A stretch of 64,000 nucleotides of DNA from contig NC_047069.1 in NCBI RefSeq assembly GCF_902459465.1, forward strand, positions 8,928,001-8,992,000, given 5' to 3'. The notes beneath the pieces are model-generated. The model saw nothing but the letters and a program-made list of their open reading frames with translations. It was not told the DNA's origin and did not search any database. Every line of letters starts with the position of its first letter. Positions within the stretch are counted from its first letter, which is position 1. The position numbers and the translations under genes were made by a program. This document shows positions 45,401 to 56,518 of this stretch, piece after piece. The DNA is from Asterias rubens (taxonomy: Eukaryota).

Positions 45401-48400
45401 GCCCTATGTTGGCGGTCTCCATATTTTGTTAATATCTTTGTTCGGGGTGCCAGTCAGAAGCCATTCAAGTTGAAAAGCGGCAGTCGCGACACGACATAGC
45501 AATCAATGGTCAGGACTAAGCTTGGGCGATATCTCGATATAATCGAAAATCGCGATACCATTTCTTAAACGATTACAGTATCGTCTTGATTTTTTTGTTA
45601 ACCCTTTCAATACCATTGTTGAGCGCGCAGTGCAAGCGCTTCCTTACCAAAGTCGAGAAAACTCGACCGTGCGTTGTGTAGTCGCTCCGTCCCAATGTCG
45701 AGAAAACTCAACAGAAAAAAAAAGCCTTGCCTTTGAGAGATTGTATTTATTTTGTTTGGCGCCCTCTGTTGTTAGGTTTTATATAGACGGGTTGCTTGTT
45801 TACCAAGCATTGCAATGGTATGTATTGTATAGGGGGTCGCCATTATGATTTTCCGAGAAAAGTACACCTCAAGATTTCACGCTTTCCCGGGTTTTTTTTC
45901 GACAAAAATCACCATCATGTCTGCTCACTGCACGGAGGTTTGGGCTTATATGTTTGCCTATAGTGACTCTATAAAAAGACTTGGGAAGTTCTGACAAAGA
46001 ATCAACTGAACATTTGGCAGCAAATCGTGGTATTTTGTCGCCAGACATGCAGTCAGATGACGACAAAACTGGACTATATACCAACGGTAGCTAACTGGAC
46101 CAAGCACGTCACCCGTTCACAACAGTTTTATGAATGAGAGGTCACCCCATGTGCATTATGGATGCTTATTGGTTAGCTAGAATAAAATGGGCAGGATATA
46201 CACACATGTAAGCATAGTCATGCGCAGTAGACACTTTAAAAGATACTTTATGTGTGTGTAATAGAGCTATAACACCATGGGTAGACAGTACACCTCACAG
46301 ATCCAACCCTCGATTTGTTTAGATGTCAGAAGTATTAAAATAAAAGCAATATCGCCCAAGCTTAGTCATCACTTTTCGACACTAGTGGGACTAGTCGCTC
46401 AGGCCTAATTAGCATTGTTGTGTGCACAAGTTCACTTTTTGTGTGACGCTAGAAGTGAAATCCCAATCCGAATTTCCCAACACATTGCATAGCAAAGAGC
46501 TTTAGCAATGGTGCTCAGATATTGCCTCAGGGTATCTCACTTTTATTCATAATCTCAAATATAGTCTCTTTTTACAAATACTCATGAATAATTGTATAAC
46601 ATAAAAAACAGAGTTGAATCGGGTGCAGAAACTAACTTTATACAGCTGGAAGTAAATTTAACTTGATAGATCAGGTGGTTTCTCCAAACCCAGAAATTTG
46701 GATAAATAATGGACCTTAATGTTTCATAAAATGCTTAAACTGGCAAAATTGTTTGGTTTCTTTTTGGAATTGTTCTACTCTACTCCTGGAAGACCATAAG
46801 CGCCATGCTTGGGTCTATTTTGTAGTCAACATAATGTATGTTCAGACAGCTGTTACGTGCGCCTAATTCATTACAATGTCAAAAAGGAACTAAGGCACGA
46901 CAGAGACATTTGACAAGGAAGAGTGAAACCTAAACCAGCGATTATATTCACGATGATAATTTATTTTACTCAAACAACAATATTTAAAGCAATAGAACCA
47001 TTAATAATGCACATGGCAGATTTAATACAATTCAAATGAGAGACCCTAAGATTATAGCTACCGGAAGTTTGATGACTGGGTTCGATGTGCTGGTTACACG
47101 GTGCCTCTTCTAAACTGACGTCTGGCACTAGATTGGTACATCTAGGGAGAGCCTCAAACCTGGCATGGGTTTAGGCCATCTAGGAAGAGCCTCAAAACCG
47201 GGCGTGGGTTTTAGGCCATCTAGGAAGAGCCTCAAAACCGGGCGTGGGTTTTAGGCCATCGGAGCGCAAGAACCGGGTGGTTCAAGCCATCAACTTGAAG
47301 GAGAAAGAGCACAGTTTTGGCTGACTGTCTCTGTGCAAGAACCGGTTGGTTCAAGCCATCAACTTGAAGGAGAAAGAGCACAGTTGTGACTGACTGTCTC
47401 TGTAACTGGAATATGGCTGAAACACCAATACTGGACAATGGTGTGGCCGATGGTTGAAGTGGTGACACCCATCAATGTATGAGTTGGGCAGAGCCCCTGG
47501 CTGACTCAGTGGTGGCGGAGTGATGAGTGTAACCCAGCAAGAGGCATACCCAGTATTTTATAGGCTAGAAACATCACACAATGCAGTGGGCAATTATACT
47601 AAACATTGTGTCCACTGCACATTAATAATAAGTTTGGAGTGTCAACACATTAAGGACACAATGTTACATTATGACCGTTGCATAACATCTAACAATACAC
47701 ATTGTGAAACAGACTGACCTGTTTTGCCAAATACCACAGATGTTCTTAAAGACCAACAAATATGTCATAACAAAAGGAACAGGATAAGGGGGAGAGAAAG
47801 CCCATCTGTAACACAGCATACTAAGTTATACCTGAACCGGTTTAACTTTTGAGGTGGTCGTAAAAACAAATTCCCCTTGCGTTCAGACAGCACGGAGTTA
47901 AACCATGGTTAAACCTGATACGGTTTATCTTCAGTTTTAAGAGGTCATTGCAGGCGCGACCCCCATTACTCTTACACCCGGTTTATTGTCGCGTTCATGG
48001 AGGTCAATGTGTAATCTGTTGTGAGTTAAACTGGACAGTCTAACTTTTATGGGCTGAACCCTATTCTAACTTTGGAACCGTTCAGACACACAGAGTTGAA
48101 CTAGATCTGGTTGAACCATGAGTTAAACCGACTTTAGTACTGTGTCTGAACAAACTCAAAGCCTACTGAAGGTGGTGTGTACCTTAAACATCAATAAACA
48201 CAATGCCTACAGGCATTTGGATAACACCATCTGAGTCAAAAGATTGACTAGCTTTGCTTGCCAAATTCCCTTATTGGGAAGATAATCTAAAACAAACATA
48301 AAAACAACGGCACAAGGATAGATATGGATTGCCTACCTATGGTCCAGAAAAAGAAACTTCCAATCTAGACTGTGTCTTGACATGAACTTGTTTTGTTGCT

Positions 48401-51400
48401 CACTGAATGTGGCCATCTCACGACTGAGTTGAGTTGTCTGTAAACGAACTGTCCCCACAAAGCAGTAGCGCGTTAACCCCACATCGAGGGGTAGAATGCC
48501 TGCAAGAAAATTGCACAAAATAGAAAATGCTGAGGGGTGATTCCATGGTTGGTCAACCCTCCTATCCACAGGTAGCACCAACTGCCAGAAAGTTTTACAT
48601 GCTAAAATTATTTGTGTGACTTGTTTTACTTATTTCTCAAAAACTACAGCACCTCAGCAAGTACCATTTTAAGGGGAGCTTTCTACCATCCTTATCTTCA
48701 AACTGTGTGAGATAATGTTAATCTGTGGACATTGTGTTTTGTGTCCTACAAAAAGTACCAAGACCCTTTAACCAGTTTAGACAAATTTGACAGACATAAG
48801 ACTCCATCCAACAATGAAGCATTTATTAAATAACCTAGTGGACTCATCACTCAGAGAAGGGTTTTGCCCAAGGGTTCCTGGTACACAGCAACCTCTAAGC
48901 CCTCCAAGGTACTATAATGAGTGTCCTGTAATTCAACCATACCACACATGCTATACCTGCTCAGCATTTGAATCTTGAGGCAAAGACCAATTAGGGAATA
49001 ACAGTGTGATAACCTGATCTTCACAGCGTTTTAATCACCGGGTTGGTGGCTGACCCCTATTAACAGACCGAGCCTTCCTATTTACAGCGTGGCAGCCACA
49101 AACAGATCAGATTGCATAAACTATTTGAGGTATTTATTAATAGCTGATATAATTATCATTATCTCCTGCTATCTTCACTCACCTTCCTCATTATTGATAA
49201 GGGTGAAGTTGCCATGGAATTTAACAAGCTCATACTCAGCGAGATCTTTGGAGAGCAGCGATCCCCTTCTCATCTGGCAGTGGAATGTAAAGCGTTTGCT
49301 GACAAGATCCTCCTCATTGCCCTGGTTCGTCTCCACCTCAGACAGAATCTTGAAGATCTTGGGTCGGTCGTCTTCGTGGACTAATTCATATATTGTACAA
49401 CTTTCTAAGTCTTTCTGCAAAAGACAAAAATCAAGGCAGTTTTGTTTAGATTGTTAGTTCTATTACTATCATTTTTAATTATCAACAATGTCTAGTAATA
49501 AAATGAAGGATGCCTCAAAAGCTAACATGAAGCCTGTGGAAACCATAAAGCAGAAACAATAGACCTTTATCACGGTGTGGCCATCTTGATTTAACTCCAT
49601 TCCAACTCATTGTAACCAAACTGAGGCTGGACGAAATAATACTTAATAGTCTGGTGCCATATTTGCGCAATGAATGTCAGCATTCATTACCGTTATTGGA
49701 AATAGGAAACATGACCAAGATAGTGATAGCGTGATAAAGGTCTAAAGACTAGATTAAGCATCCTCTATTAAGTAAGAAAACTTTTAGAATTCTGGTTTTG
49801 TGGGAATTATTTATGTTGGTTTTGGGACCTGGTTCTGACACTATTAATCCATCAAAGACACTTAGCAATAGCATCCCCTGCAAAAAAGGATTTATAAAGC
49901 CTAGTTATCATGTATGTCATTGTATGTGTATAGGTCCATTTAAATCACCCTCATATAGACAATTTATTTCTAAACAGAAGTCTGCTTGTCAAATGATGCT
50001 TGCCAGTTAAAACACCCGAGGACCAGTTAAAATTCTCTCTGAATGGTCCTGCTGTCTAGTTCAGTGTTAATAAACTACCCTATTTGATTTGAACTATTAC
50101 TCGTGAAAAAAAGACAGACTATAAATTGACAGGCCAACAGGTGCTGCTGGCCAGTCACTAAAAAGTTAGAGGCAAACCCTCTCATCTGTACAATTGGAAG
50201 TAGCAAAATTTAATGTGGTTCTTGTACTTATATTTTTCTAAGCATTGAGAAAAGCAGTCTGCTGCCGACTTTTTAAACAGCTACCTGAGCGGAATGTTTT
50301 CAACAGAAATGGTATTTTTACTTGTTTATAATGCACTTGTTCACCACTTTAATGTAATTTTGATATGTGTACACTTCTGAACTTTTCGTAATTATCGATT
50401 AAAAAATCAGGCCCCTACCTAAAGGTTTTTTGAAAAACTAAAAACACTTCTGCCGTTGAGAGCGGGCGTCTAAGGACAATGCCGCTGACGTCATTTGTGG
50501 GAGTTTGCTTGGTTATACATCCACGCTGCAACAAAGCGGCTTTATCTACTTATGACGTTTTGAGAGTGATTACGTAACAGGGCTTTTCGCAAATCTCGCA
50601 GAAAAGCTGTGGATAAGGGCATACAAAATGATTGTTTTTTTACACAATTGAAACCTATTTATAATCATATGACTCGATTTCCTTATTCATCGAAAAAAAT
50701 TTAAGTGGAATTCAGCAAAGTTCACGACTTGAAATTTTCGTCCAAGCAGGTCTTTAAATAAAATATTCACCCCCTTTCCAACAACGCCATCCCTGATGCA
50801 TACATCCTTAAAAGAACCACATCTAAACATATTAGGTATGCATTTCTTGTTTAAAGGCAGTGGACACTATTGGTAACTACTCAAAATAATTAATCGCATA
50901 AAACCCGTAAAACGAGTAATGGGGAGCTGTTGATGGTATAAAACATTGTGAGAAACGGCTCCCTCTGAAGTAACGTAGTTTTCGAGAAAGAAGTAATTTT
51001 CCACGAATTTGATTTCGAGACCTCAGGTTTAGAATTTGAGGTCTCAAAATCAAGTATCTGAAAGCACACAACTTTGTGTGACGAGGGTGTTTTTTATTTC
51101 ATTAATATCTTGCAGCTTCGACGACCAATTGAGCTCAAATTTTCACAGGTTTGTTATTTTATGCATATGTTGAGATACACCAAGTGAGATGACTGGTCTT
51201 TGACAATTACCAATAGTGTCCACTGCCATTAAAGGTATTATACTGGTATTATAAAAATCATTGTTTAATTTTTGATAATAAAATTCATACTAGAACCATT
51301 TTTTGTGTGAAATATTTTCTACTGAAATAAAGTCATATTTGAGAAAACTGTTGTGAAAACCTTAACGCAACAGCTCAATTCAATTGGTACAACCAAAATT

Positions 51401-54400
51401 TTAAAAGGACAATGTGTTGACATGCTGAAGATTGTGCATGGCTTGTCACTATTTTCTCCTGACTCACACAACAGGTTTGTTCTTTCATTTTCATATTGTT
51501 GATCACACAAAAAATGAGCACTGCCTGCGAAATTTTTTCAGCTTTACCAATCCTGTATAATGCCTTCAAAATGGAAAAAAAGACCCACATAAATGTATCA
51601 GAGCACTAACTCGACCCCGTCACTATAGGAGTACAAATGCATAAACATGTTGTCCATCTTGGAATATTTTCAGTGATTTTACATAGAATTCCCAACCCAA
51701 GGTCTTAAGATGGACTTTGATTAACCACTGACATTTCCAATCAACCGTTATATTTCCTGCATATAAAGAGCCTCATAAGGACTGATAAATGCAAAAAAAA
51801 AATAGCTAATGGCCTGACGTTTCATCCCTACCAGAGTCTTTCTCAAAGGCTAAATGACAACACAACAAACATGAACAGGTAACTAAATGTAAAATAAGCA
51901 GTGAAGTGGAAAAATACATAAATGGAGTTAGGAAGCATATGGAACATAGCAAGGGGTAAACAATGAATAAAGGTACAATACATGTTAATGAGAGGGAAAC
52001 AGCCATTCAGAGAAATCAAGGTTTAACAATTTTTTAGTTATTTACAATTTGTTTTGACCTGACCATCCTCCCTAAATTTGATTTTCAAATACTTACAGAC
52101 TTCCCTAATAAAGTAAAGACTCAAATGAAGCAAATAATTTTGAACAATGTTCTCCAAAATAAGGATATTTCATCGTCTTTTCCTGGCTTCCAGTATAACA
52201 CAACGTTTAAGTTTTATATAGCACACGTATCTACCAACAAGGTACTCAAGGCGCTGAGTATATAAAATATAAACTAACTCTCAGAAAGATGGGTTGTTGC
52301 AGTGATGAGTTCTGAGACCCAAATTATGTAGCACCTTATAATGGTTTACAAGGTGCTACTGCACATTCAGCAGCCACAGCCAGGAACACCGGGGCGACTC
52401 CCTTCTTTTTTTCAATAAGTGCACTGGGTTCTTTTACATGCATTACACAACACATGGGACTATATGTCCCATCCGAGGCACGAAACAATGGTTAAGTGTC
52501 TTGCTTAAGAACACAAGTGTCATGGCTGGGGATTCAAACCCGCTCTCTGCTGATCAGAAACACCTGAGTTTGAATTCAGTGCTCTTTACCGCTCAGCCAC
52601 GACACTTCCATAATGCATCTTTGCAGTTGAGGAAATTAATGCCATCTTGCGTCAGGCACAGAGGTCAGATATATAATAAACAGAACAGACATGACAGAAG
52701 ATCTGAAAGAGCCTGCTGTGTATTTTCCCCCTTAAATATTTCTGAGGGTTTATTCTCTTATTCTAATTGCAAAATCGATTTGATTTTCAGTTATTTGATT
52801 TTGCCCAAAAGACTTATACAAACAACCCTTCATTGTTTATGACCCTTTTACATAAACAGACCATGGAGGTAGCTATTGACTATTGACCACAATGATCAAG
52901 GGGGGGGGGGAGGAGTGGTGTAAAATCTGAAAGTTGTACTTTTGATGAACATCATGCCAGGGTAAAACAACCTTTTTCCTGGTGCACAAATTTCTGTCTA
53001 AACTCAGCAGGAAAATTTGCATCTGGGCCAGAGTGTATTTTGTTAATGATCAAGAAGATTTGACAGTGCCTGTGTGAGTTCTCAATGGTTTTGCACTATA
53101 GTGTCACTCATTTGCTTAAACCAAGAACTGCTGGCAAATTAGCATGCTGTGTGTTTCCCTTACGATAATGACATAGGGTTTCCTACATCATTATGTCATG
53201 CCGTCCTGTCAGGGAAATCGTTGAGTTAGACAATTAATACGCATAAAAAGTAAAATATTTGGGTACAAATCCTTGCCCTACCAGGGAATCAGAAATGGCG
53301 GTGCAGCGTGAATCACTTGCCGGTATGGATTTGGTCTATAATAAGGAATACAATTGTCCATCAGAAAAGCACAATGTACCCAAAGGAAGTCTTTTTTAGG
53401 GATGAATACCAGAGCTCTGCCAAATTCTGAGCTTGTTAATAACTTTAAGTGAAACTGACCAGCTGACTGGGTCAACTTTAAATAATTTGGAATTGAACAA
53501 AACAAAATTTACTGAGGAAATGTTTGTCAAACTAATTCTGTAGGGTGTCGTGGCCGAGCGGAGGATAAGAGCACCGAACTCAAGCTCTGGTGCTTCTGTT
53601 CAGCAGAGTGTGGGTTCAAATCCCGGTCGTGACACTTGTGTCCCTAAGCAAGACACTTAAATAAAATTGCTTCTTTACACCCAGGGGTTAATGGGTACCT
53701 GTGAGGGCAGAGATAGTTCTTGTTATTGATTTAACCGAGTAGCCCATATTAATGTCGCACAGGCTGCATACTCCCCACCATGGAGACGAGATGGTTTAAG
53801 GAATGAATTAAGGCCCAGTGACCAAGGATAATAATGATGGAAGCGCTTTGAGACGCACTCCGGGTGTGAAAAGCGCTATATAAAAACTGGTTATTGTTAT
53901 TCTTCTTGACAAAGGGGATTGTTAACTAATGTTTCTGCTCGACGTGGGTAAGTAAACACCTAACGTGACCTTACACGATTGGAGCTTGCATCAGAAATGC
54001 GAAACCTTTAAAGGAGGATACATGTATGTCGTTTGTGTTGCCATATGCATTCTGCAATATGGTGTATCTATTATCAACCACGTCTTCTTTAGTAGCATTT
54101 ACAGTAACTGTGATATTATTAGACTCGCCCTGCTAAGTTCTAAAATAACTTGCCCTTCTATCAACTACCACAGAGTAAATAGGGGCACGCAGGACTTCTA
54201 TTTTTGCCTGATGAATCAGGAACTTATTGTACTTATATTTGGAGTCAATACAAGGGCAACCCATTTTATTTTTGTAACAAAGAAATCACTGCATTGTTTA
54301 GATACTTACGGGTAAATGTCTTAAGAGTGAGGTAATGCTGCAGGATGTGTATAAGATGTGCCCCTGTTGTGAGAAGACAATGAGGAATCCATCCAATGCT

Positions 54401-55955
54401 TCCAGCATCAGCTGACTGAACTCGTTGTCCGACAGAAAGGATGGCTTCCACTTCTCCTTGATTGAAGTCTCTGATTTGAGAGCATTGTCTGTCGATTTAA
54501 GGGTGGAAAAAAGAAACAATAATTCTGATTAGTAGTTTAGAATTTTAAGGATGATAAAGCCTGGTTCATACTTCCTGATGCTTCGTGCGAAGCCAATTTC
54601 CTTGCGTCACAATTGTAAAGGGAGCGCGTAGCGATTACTGCGACACCAACAATCGCTTTGCATTCGCATTTGCACTGGGCTTAAATGTGGTTTTCAAAAC
54701 ATATTGACCACACACTGATGAGTGAGAATCAGTATCAAGAAATGGAATTAATAATGATAAAAATAACTAGAGCTTATATCTATATGCTTTACCTAATAAC
54801 AAAGCACTTATTATTATTTTTTCCATACAGGTTTAAAAAGTTTGTGAATTATTAGAGCCAATAATGTAACAGCGCACTCGGCAGCCATTGCCAGAAATTC
54901 TGAGCATAGCCTCTTCTCTTAGAAATTTGATTTAATAATTTAAACTGTGTAGGGCACCTTTTGTTCTGGATAGTGGTGCTATATAAATTGTTTTGATTAC
55001 TTGATTGATTGGCATTCAACTGTACCCGTATGCTCATAACTCATGAACACTATTACCCCAGGGTTACATGTACTTATGTATGATGGCTTACTTATCATGA
55101 TATTTCTGAAACAAAAATCATTTGCTATTATTCCCGAGTGTGACTGTACAAACTGAGAAGAAAAAAACCGACGCAACGGTTACTGTGTGGAATTGAAACC
55201 CCTGAGAATACAGAACGTTACATCCTGTAAGATGTTTAGACTCTCATTATCACTACAAATTGCAAATTAGATGTTTGAAAATGATGTAACTGTGTACACT
55301 TTTCTCCCTCAAATATTTCAAGAAAGTTTCAAAGAAAGGGGATATTTCCAGAAAACCCTCCTAATAGGAAAAAACCTGAAAAACACAAAGTAGTTTGTAT
55401 CATGGTCTAGTGCACCCTAGTTTCTAGAAGCTACTTGAGAGGTTTAGCCTCTTACCATTATGAACTTTAAGGAAGTTGATGGTCGAGCGGAGAACCGCTG
55501 ACTTGTCCATCTTGCGGTTCTTGGAGGACACCATGCATCCAAGTTCCTGGATAAGACAGTTGAACTGATCTCGGCGCTTCTTTTCACTTGCATTGCGACA
55601 CTTTCTGTAAGAGGTAAAAAAAAGTTGTTTTAAATTACTCCAGGCTTGAAATTTCATCTGCGAAAGGGTGATTTTGATGACGTTATCATCCAGTAAAAAG
55701 TGCGGTTTTATCTATGCACTACTTGACATACCATGTTTCAAGTCTGTATAACCAAAGCTACGATAACATATTTTCTTTTTGCAATTGAGACAGATGGATC
55801 AGGGGAAGGAAGATCAAGAAAAATGTTTTATTTATTTTAAATCACTTTTGGTTCAGACAGCAAGACAAGATCAATTCAATTTCAATTGAATTCAATTTAT
55901 TTTAAAAATCACATTAAAAAACATGGACATTTTTCCCCCATTTTTTGTGTGCATC

Positions 55956-56007
<52 letters not shown>

Positions 56008-56518
56008 GACTTGTAATGCGCACATATCCACCCTGCATATCCACTACTTAAGAAAACACACAATAATAAAAAACACAAGATCAAATTGAAAAACACAAGA
56101 TCAAATTGGAATTATGTCAGTGCAATTTCTATACAATATAATATAATAGTATTTGACGTAAAGATTTTTAAAATAGCTAAAATGTAGGTCAGGAGATATG
56201 ATTTTATTAATTTCTAACAGCACTAAAAAAATATGTGTGAACTTAACTTGGCGTACAATTGCATTTGTATTGTAATGAAAGGGTCAATAACAACAACAAT
56301 ATTAAATGGCTGTGAATACGAACAAACTAAAAAAAATTAACTCTCTTCCTGATTTTCAAGGGGCAAAAAAAGATCTCAAACATAATTAATAGAAGAGGAA
56401 GAATAGACATACATGTTACAATCGGTCAGTGGTTTATGATTCTTCATGAAATTACCAGAACTTCACAGGCTTACCTTTTACACCCTTGCTTGTCACCTTC
56501 ACTGGATTCATCGTACAT
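29821..56518 (-). CDS. CLOCK: CLOCK bHLH-PAS circadian transcription factor (Clock/NPAS2 family), 13 core coding exons, 846 aa (868 aa with the candidate cassette exon)
   Basis: Exons 56475-56518, 55456-55604, 54310-54488, 49183-49414, 48337-48499, 44625-44731, 40695-40842, 37990-38210, 37501-37662, 36182-36282, 35273-35552, 30892-31061 and 29821-30405 total 2541 nt in frame. Signatures: [13 protein letters not shown] (bHLH), [22 protein letters not shown] (PAS-A), [30 protein letters not shown] and [17 protein letters not shown] (PAS-B/PAC), exon-19-like coiled coil. Boundaries of the C-terminal low-complexity exons are less certain. Confidence 0.95.
30410..30788. mobile_element. MITE (TIR ~TAAAGGAACATTACAGAATTGG) abutting the acceptor of the last Clock exon
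   Basis: Left aaacgaacattacagaattgg and right ccaattctgtaatgttcctta; partial second copy at about 32880-33076. Confidence 0.8.
30892..31061 (-). CDS. CLOCK: Clock penultimate coding exon
   Basis: tttcacag| acceptor, TCA|gtaagt donor; phase 1-0. Confidence 0.75.
32747..32812 (-). CDS. CLOCK: Candidate Clock cassette exon ([22 protein letters not shown]), 66 nt, phase 1-1
   Basis: gagcag| acceptor (weak), G|gtttgt donor; stop-free in the frame required by both neighbours. Confidence 0.5.
32880..33076. mobile_element. Partial second copy of the 30410-30788 MITE
   Basis: Near-identical cccaaatggccgatcgatctcaaacttctac...ctgtaatgttcctta. Confidence 0.8.
33637..34969. mobile_element. Harbinger-like non-autonomous transposon, 1333 bp, in a Clock intron
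   Basis: Imperfect TIRs GGGTATGTTCAGAC.GCGTACTAA / GGGGTCGTTCACAC.CCGTACTAA; AAT on both flanks; many subterminal AACCGG motifs. Confidence 0.8.
35273..35552 (-). CDS. CLOCK: Clock polyQ + exon-19-like coiled-coil exon
   Basis: R-Q3-K-Q20-N then [31 protein letters not shown]; GT-AG flanks. Confidence 0.9.
36182..36282 (-). CDS. CLOCK: Clock exon ([12 protein letters not shown]...NHLQ)
   Basis: ttttttggacag| acceptor, CAG|gtaaga donor, phase 1-0. Confidence 0.78.
36340..37052 (+). mobile_element. 5'-truncated L2/CR1-clade LINE (RT C-terminus + 3' UTR), decayed
   Basis: [18 protein letters not shown]...KLYMLRCL...[11 protein letters not shown]...LERVQKR with frameshift and stop; aataaa followed by a (gaatt)-like tail. 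Confidence 0.88.
37501..37662 (-). CDS. CLOCK: Clock Pro/Gln/Ser-rich exon
   Basis: taacag| acceptor, G|gttagt donor, phase 1-1. Confidence 0.75.
37990..38210 (-). CDS. CLOCK: Clock exon (YAEVR + Ser-rich region)
   Basis: tacag| acceptor, YAEVRNDV...; A|gtaaga donor. Confidence 0.85.
38490..39282 (+). mobile_element. 5'-truncated RTE-clade LINE fragment, decayed
   Basis: [14 protein letters not shown] (YADD), LAQDRIEW near the end, (GAT)n tail; multiple frameshifts. Confidence 0.82.
40695..40842 (-). CDS. CLOCK: Clock PAS-B/PAC exon
   Basis: [41 protein letters not shown]. Confidence 0.95.
42466..42698 (-). repeat. tRNA-like dispersed repeat family C
   Basis: Contains the reverse complement of ctcggtagtctagttggtaagac...gggttcgaatcccacccgag; copies at 12305-12610, 15585-15912 and 33118-33196. 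Confidence 0.78.
44625..44731 (-). CDS. CLOCK: Clock PAS-B exon
   Basis: [35 protein letters not shown]. Confidence 0.95.
45035..45475 (-). repeat. Tandem tRNA-like repeat family D (two units of about 230 bp)
   Basis: cacaagggaaa...ttgaac...tagagt.ggact.ga...attaacgtg repeated twice; related array at about 31160-31575, fragment at about 53440-53515. Confidence 0.7.
45517..46364. mobile_element. hAT-type non-autonomous element, 848 bp, same TIR family, nested in another MITE
   Basis: TIR TAAGCTTGGGCGATAT; degenerate 8-bp TSD gtcaggac/gtcatcac. Confidence 0.85.
47139..47403. repeat. Adjacent minisatellites: 40-bp x3 then 69-bp x2
   Basis: catctaggaagagcctcaaaaccgggcgtgggttttaggc units; gcaagaaccgg.tggttcaagccatcaacttgaaggag units. 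Confidence 0.85.
47812..48152. mobile_element. Internally deleted relative of the 33637-34969 element
   Basis: Shares ccccttgcgttcagacagcac.gagttaaacc...ttttaagaggtca and the terminal ctttagtac.g.gt.tgaac. Confidence 0.7.
48337..48499 (-). CDS. CLOCK: Clock PAS-A/PAS-B junction exon
   Basis: [11 protein letters not shown]...[16 protein letters not shown]. Confidence 0.92.
49183..49414 (-). CDS. CLOCK: Clock PAS-A exon 2
   Basis: [17 protein letters not shown]...FHCQMRRGS...[10 protein letters not shown]. Confidence 0.93.
50852..51232. mobile_element. MITE, same family as 24994-25377
   Basis: TIRs and shared interior. Confidence 0.85.
52207..52610 (-). mobile_element. tRNA-derived SINE, tail type B
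   Basis: Same head as type A but a different body and tail (ccccggtgttcctgg...gcgccttgagtaccttgttggtagatacgtg); partial copies at 8415-8660 (-), 59095-59350 (+), 26186-26410 (+) and 22700-22767 (+). Confidence 0.85.
53541..53901 (+). mobile_element. tRNA-derived SINE, tail type A
   Basis: Near full-length match to 2623-2991. Confidence 0.88.
54310..54488 (-). CDS. CLOCK: Clock PAS-A exon
   Basis: [27 protein letters not shown]...TSLLRHLP. Confidence 0.95.
55456..55604 (-). CDS. CLOCK: Clock bHLH exon
   Basis: [49 protein letters not shown]; GT-AG flanks. Confidence 0.96.
55957..56006. repeat. (AAT)n microsatellite in a Clock intron
   Basis: About 16 perfect units. Confidence 0.95.
56181..56191 (+). 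promoter_or_regulatory. RORE/RevRE (AATGTAGGTCA) in the Clock intron after the first coding exon
   Basis: Exact fit to WAWNTRGGTCA; motif only, no binding data. Confidence 0.5.
56475..56518 (-). CDS. CLOCK: Clock first coding exon ([15 protein letters not shown])
   Basis: Acceptor tcttgcag| at 56529, ATG at 56518, donor AG|gtaagc; phase 2 joins the bHLH exon in frame. Confidence 0.8.

Noticed and set aside
47139-47403. CRISPR-like array
   Set aside because: Units are contiguous tandem repeats with no unique spacers, there are no cas genes, and the context is eukaryotic.
48500-48585. Upstream alternative acceptor extending the Clock PAS exon (ORF 48333..48581)
   Set aside because: In the phase required by the previous exon it hits TAG after six codons; the acceptor at 48500 gives the correct frame.
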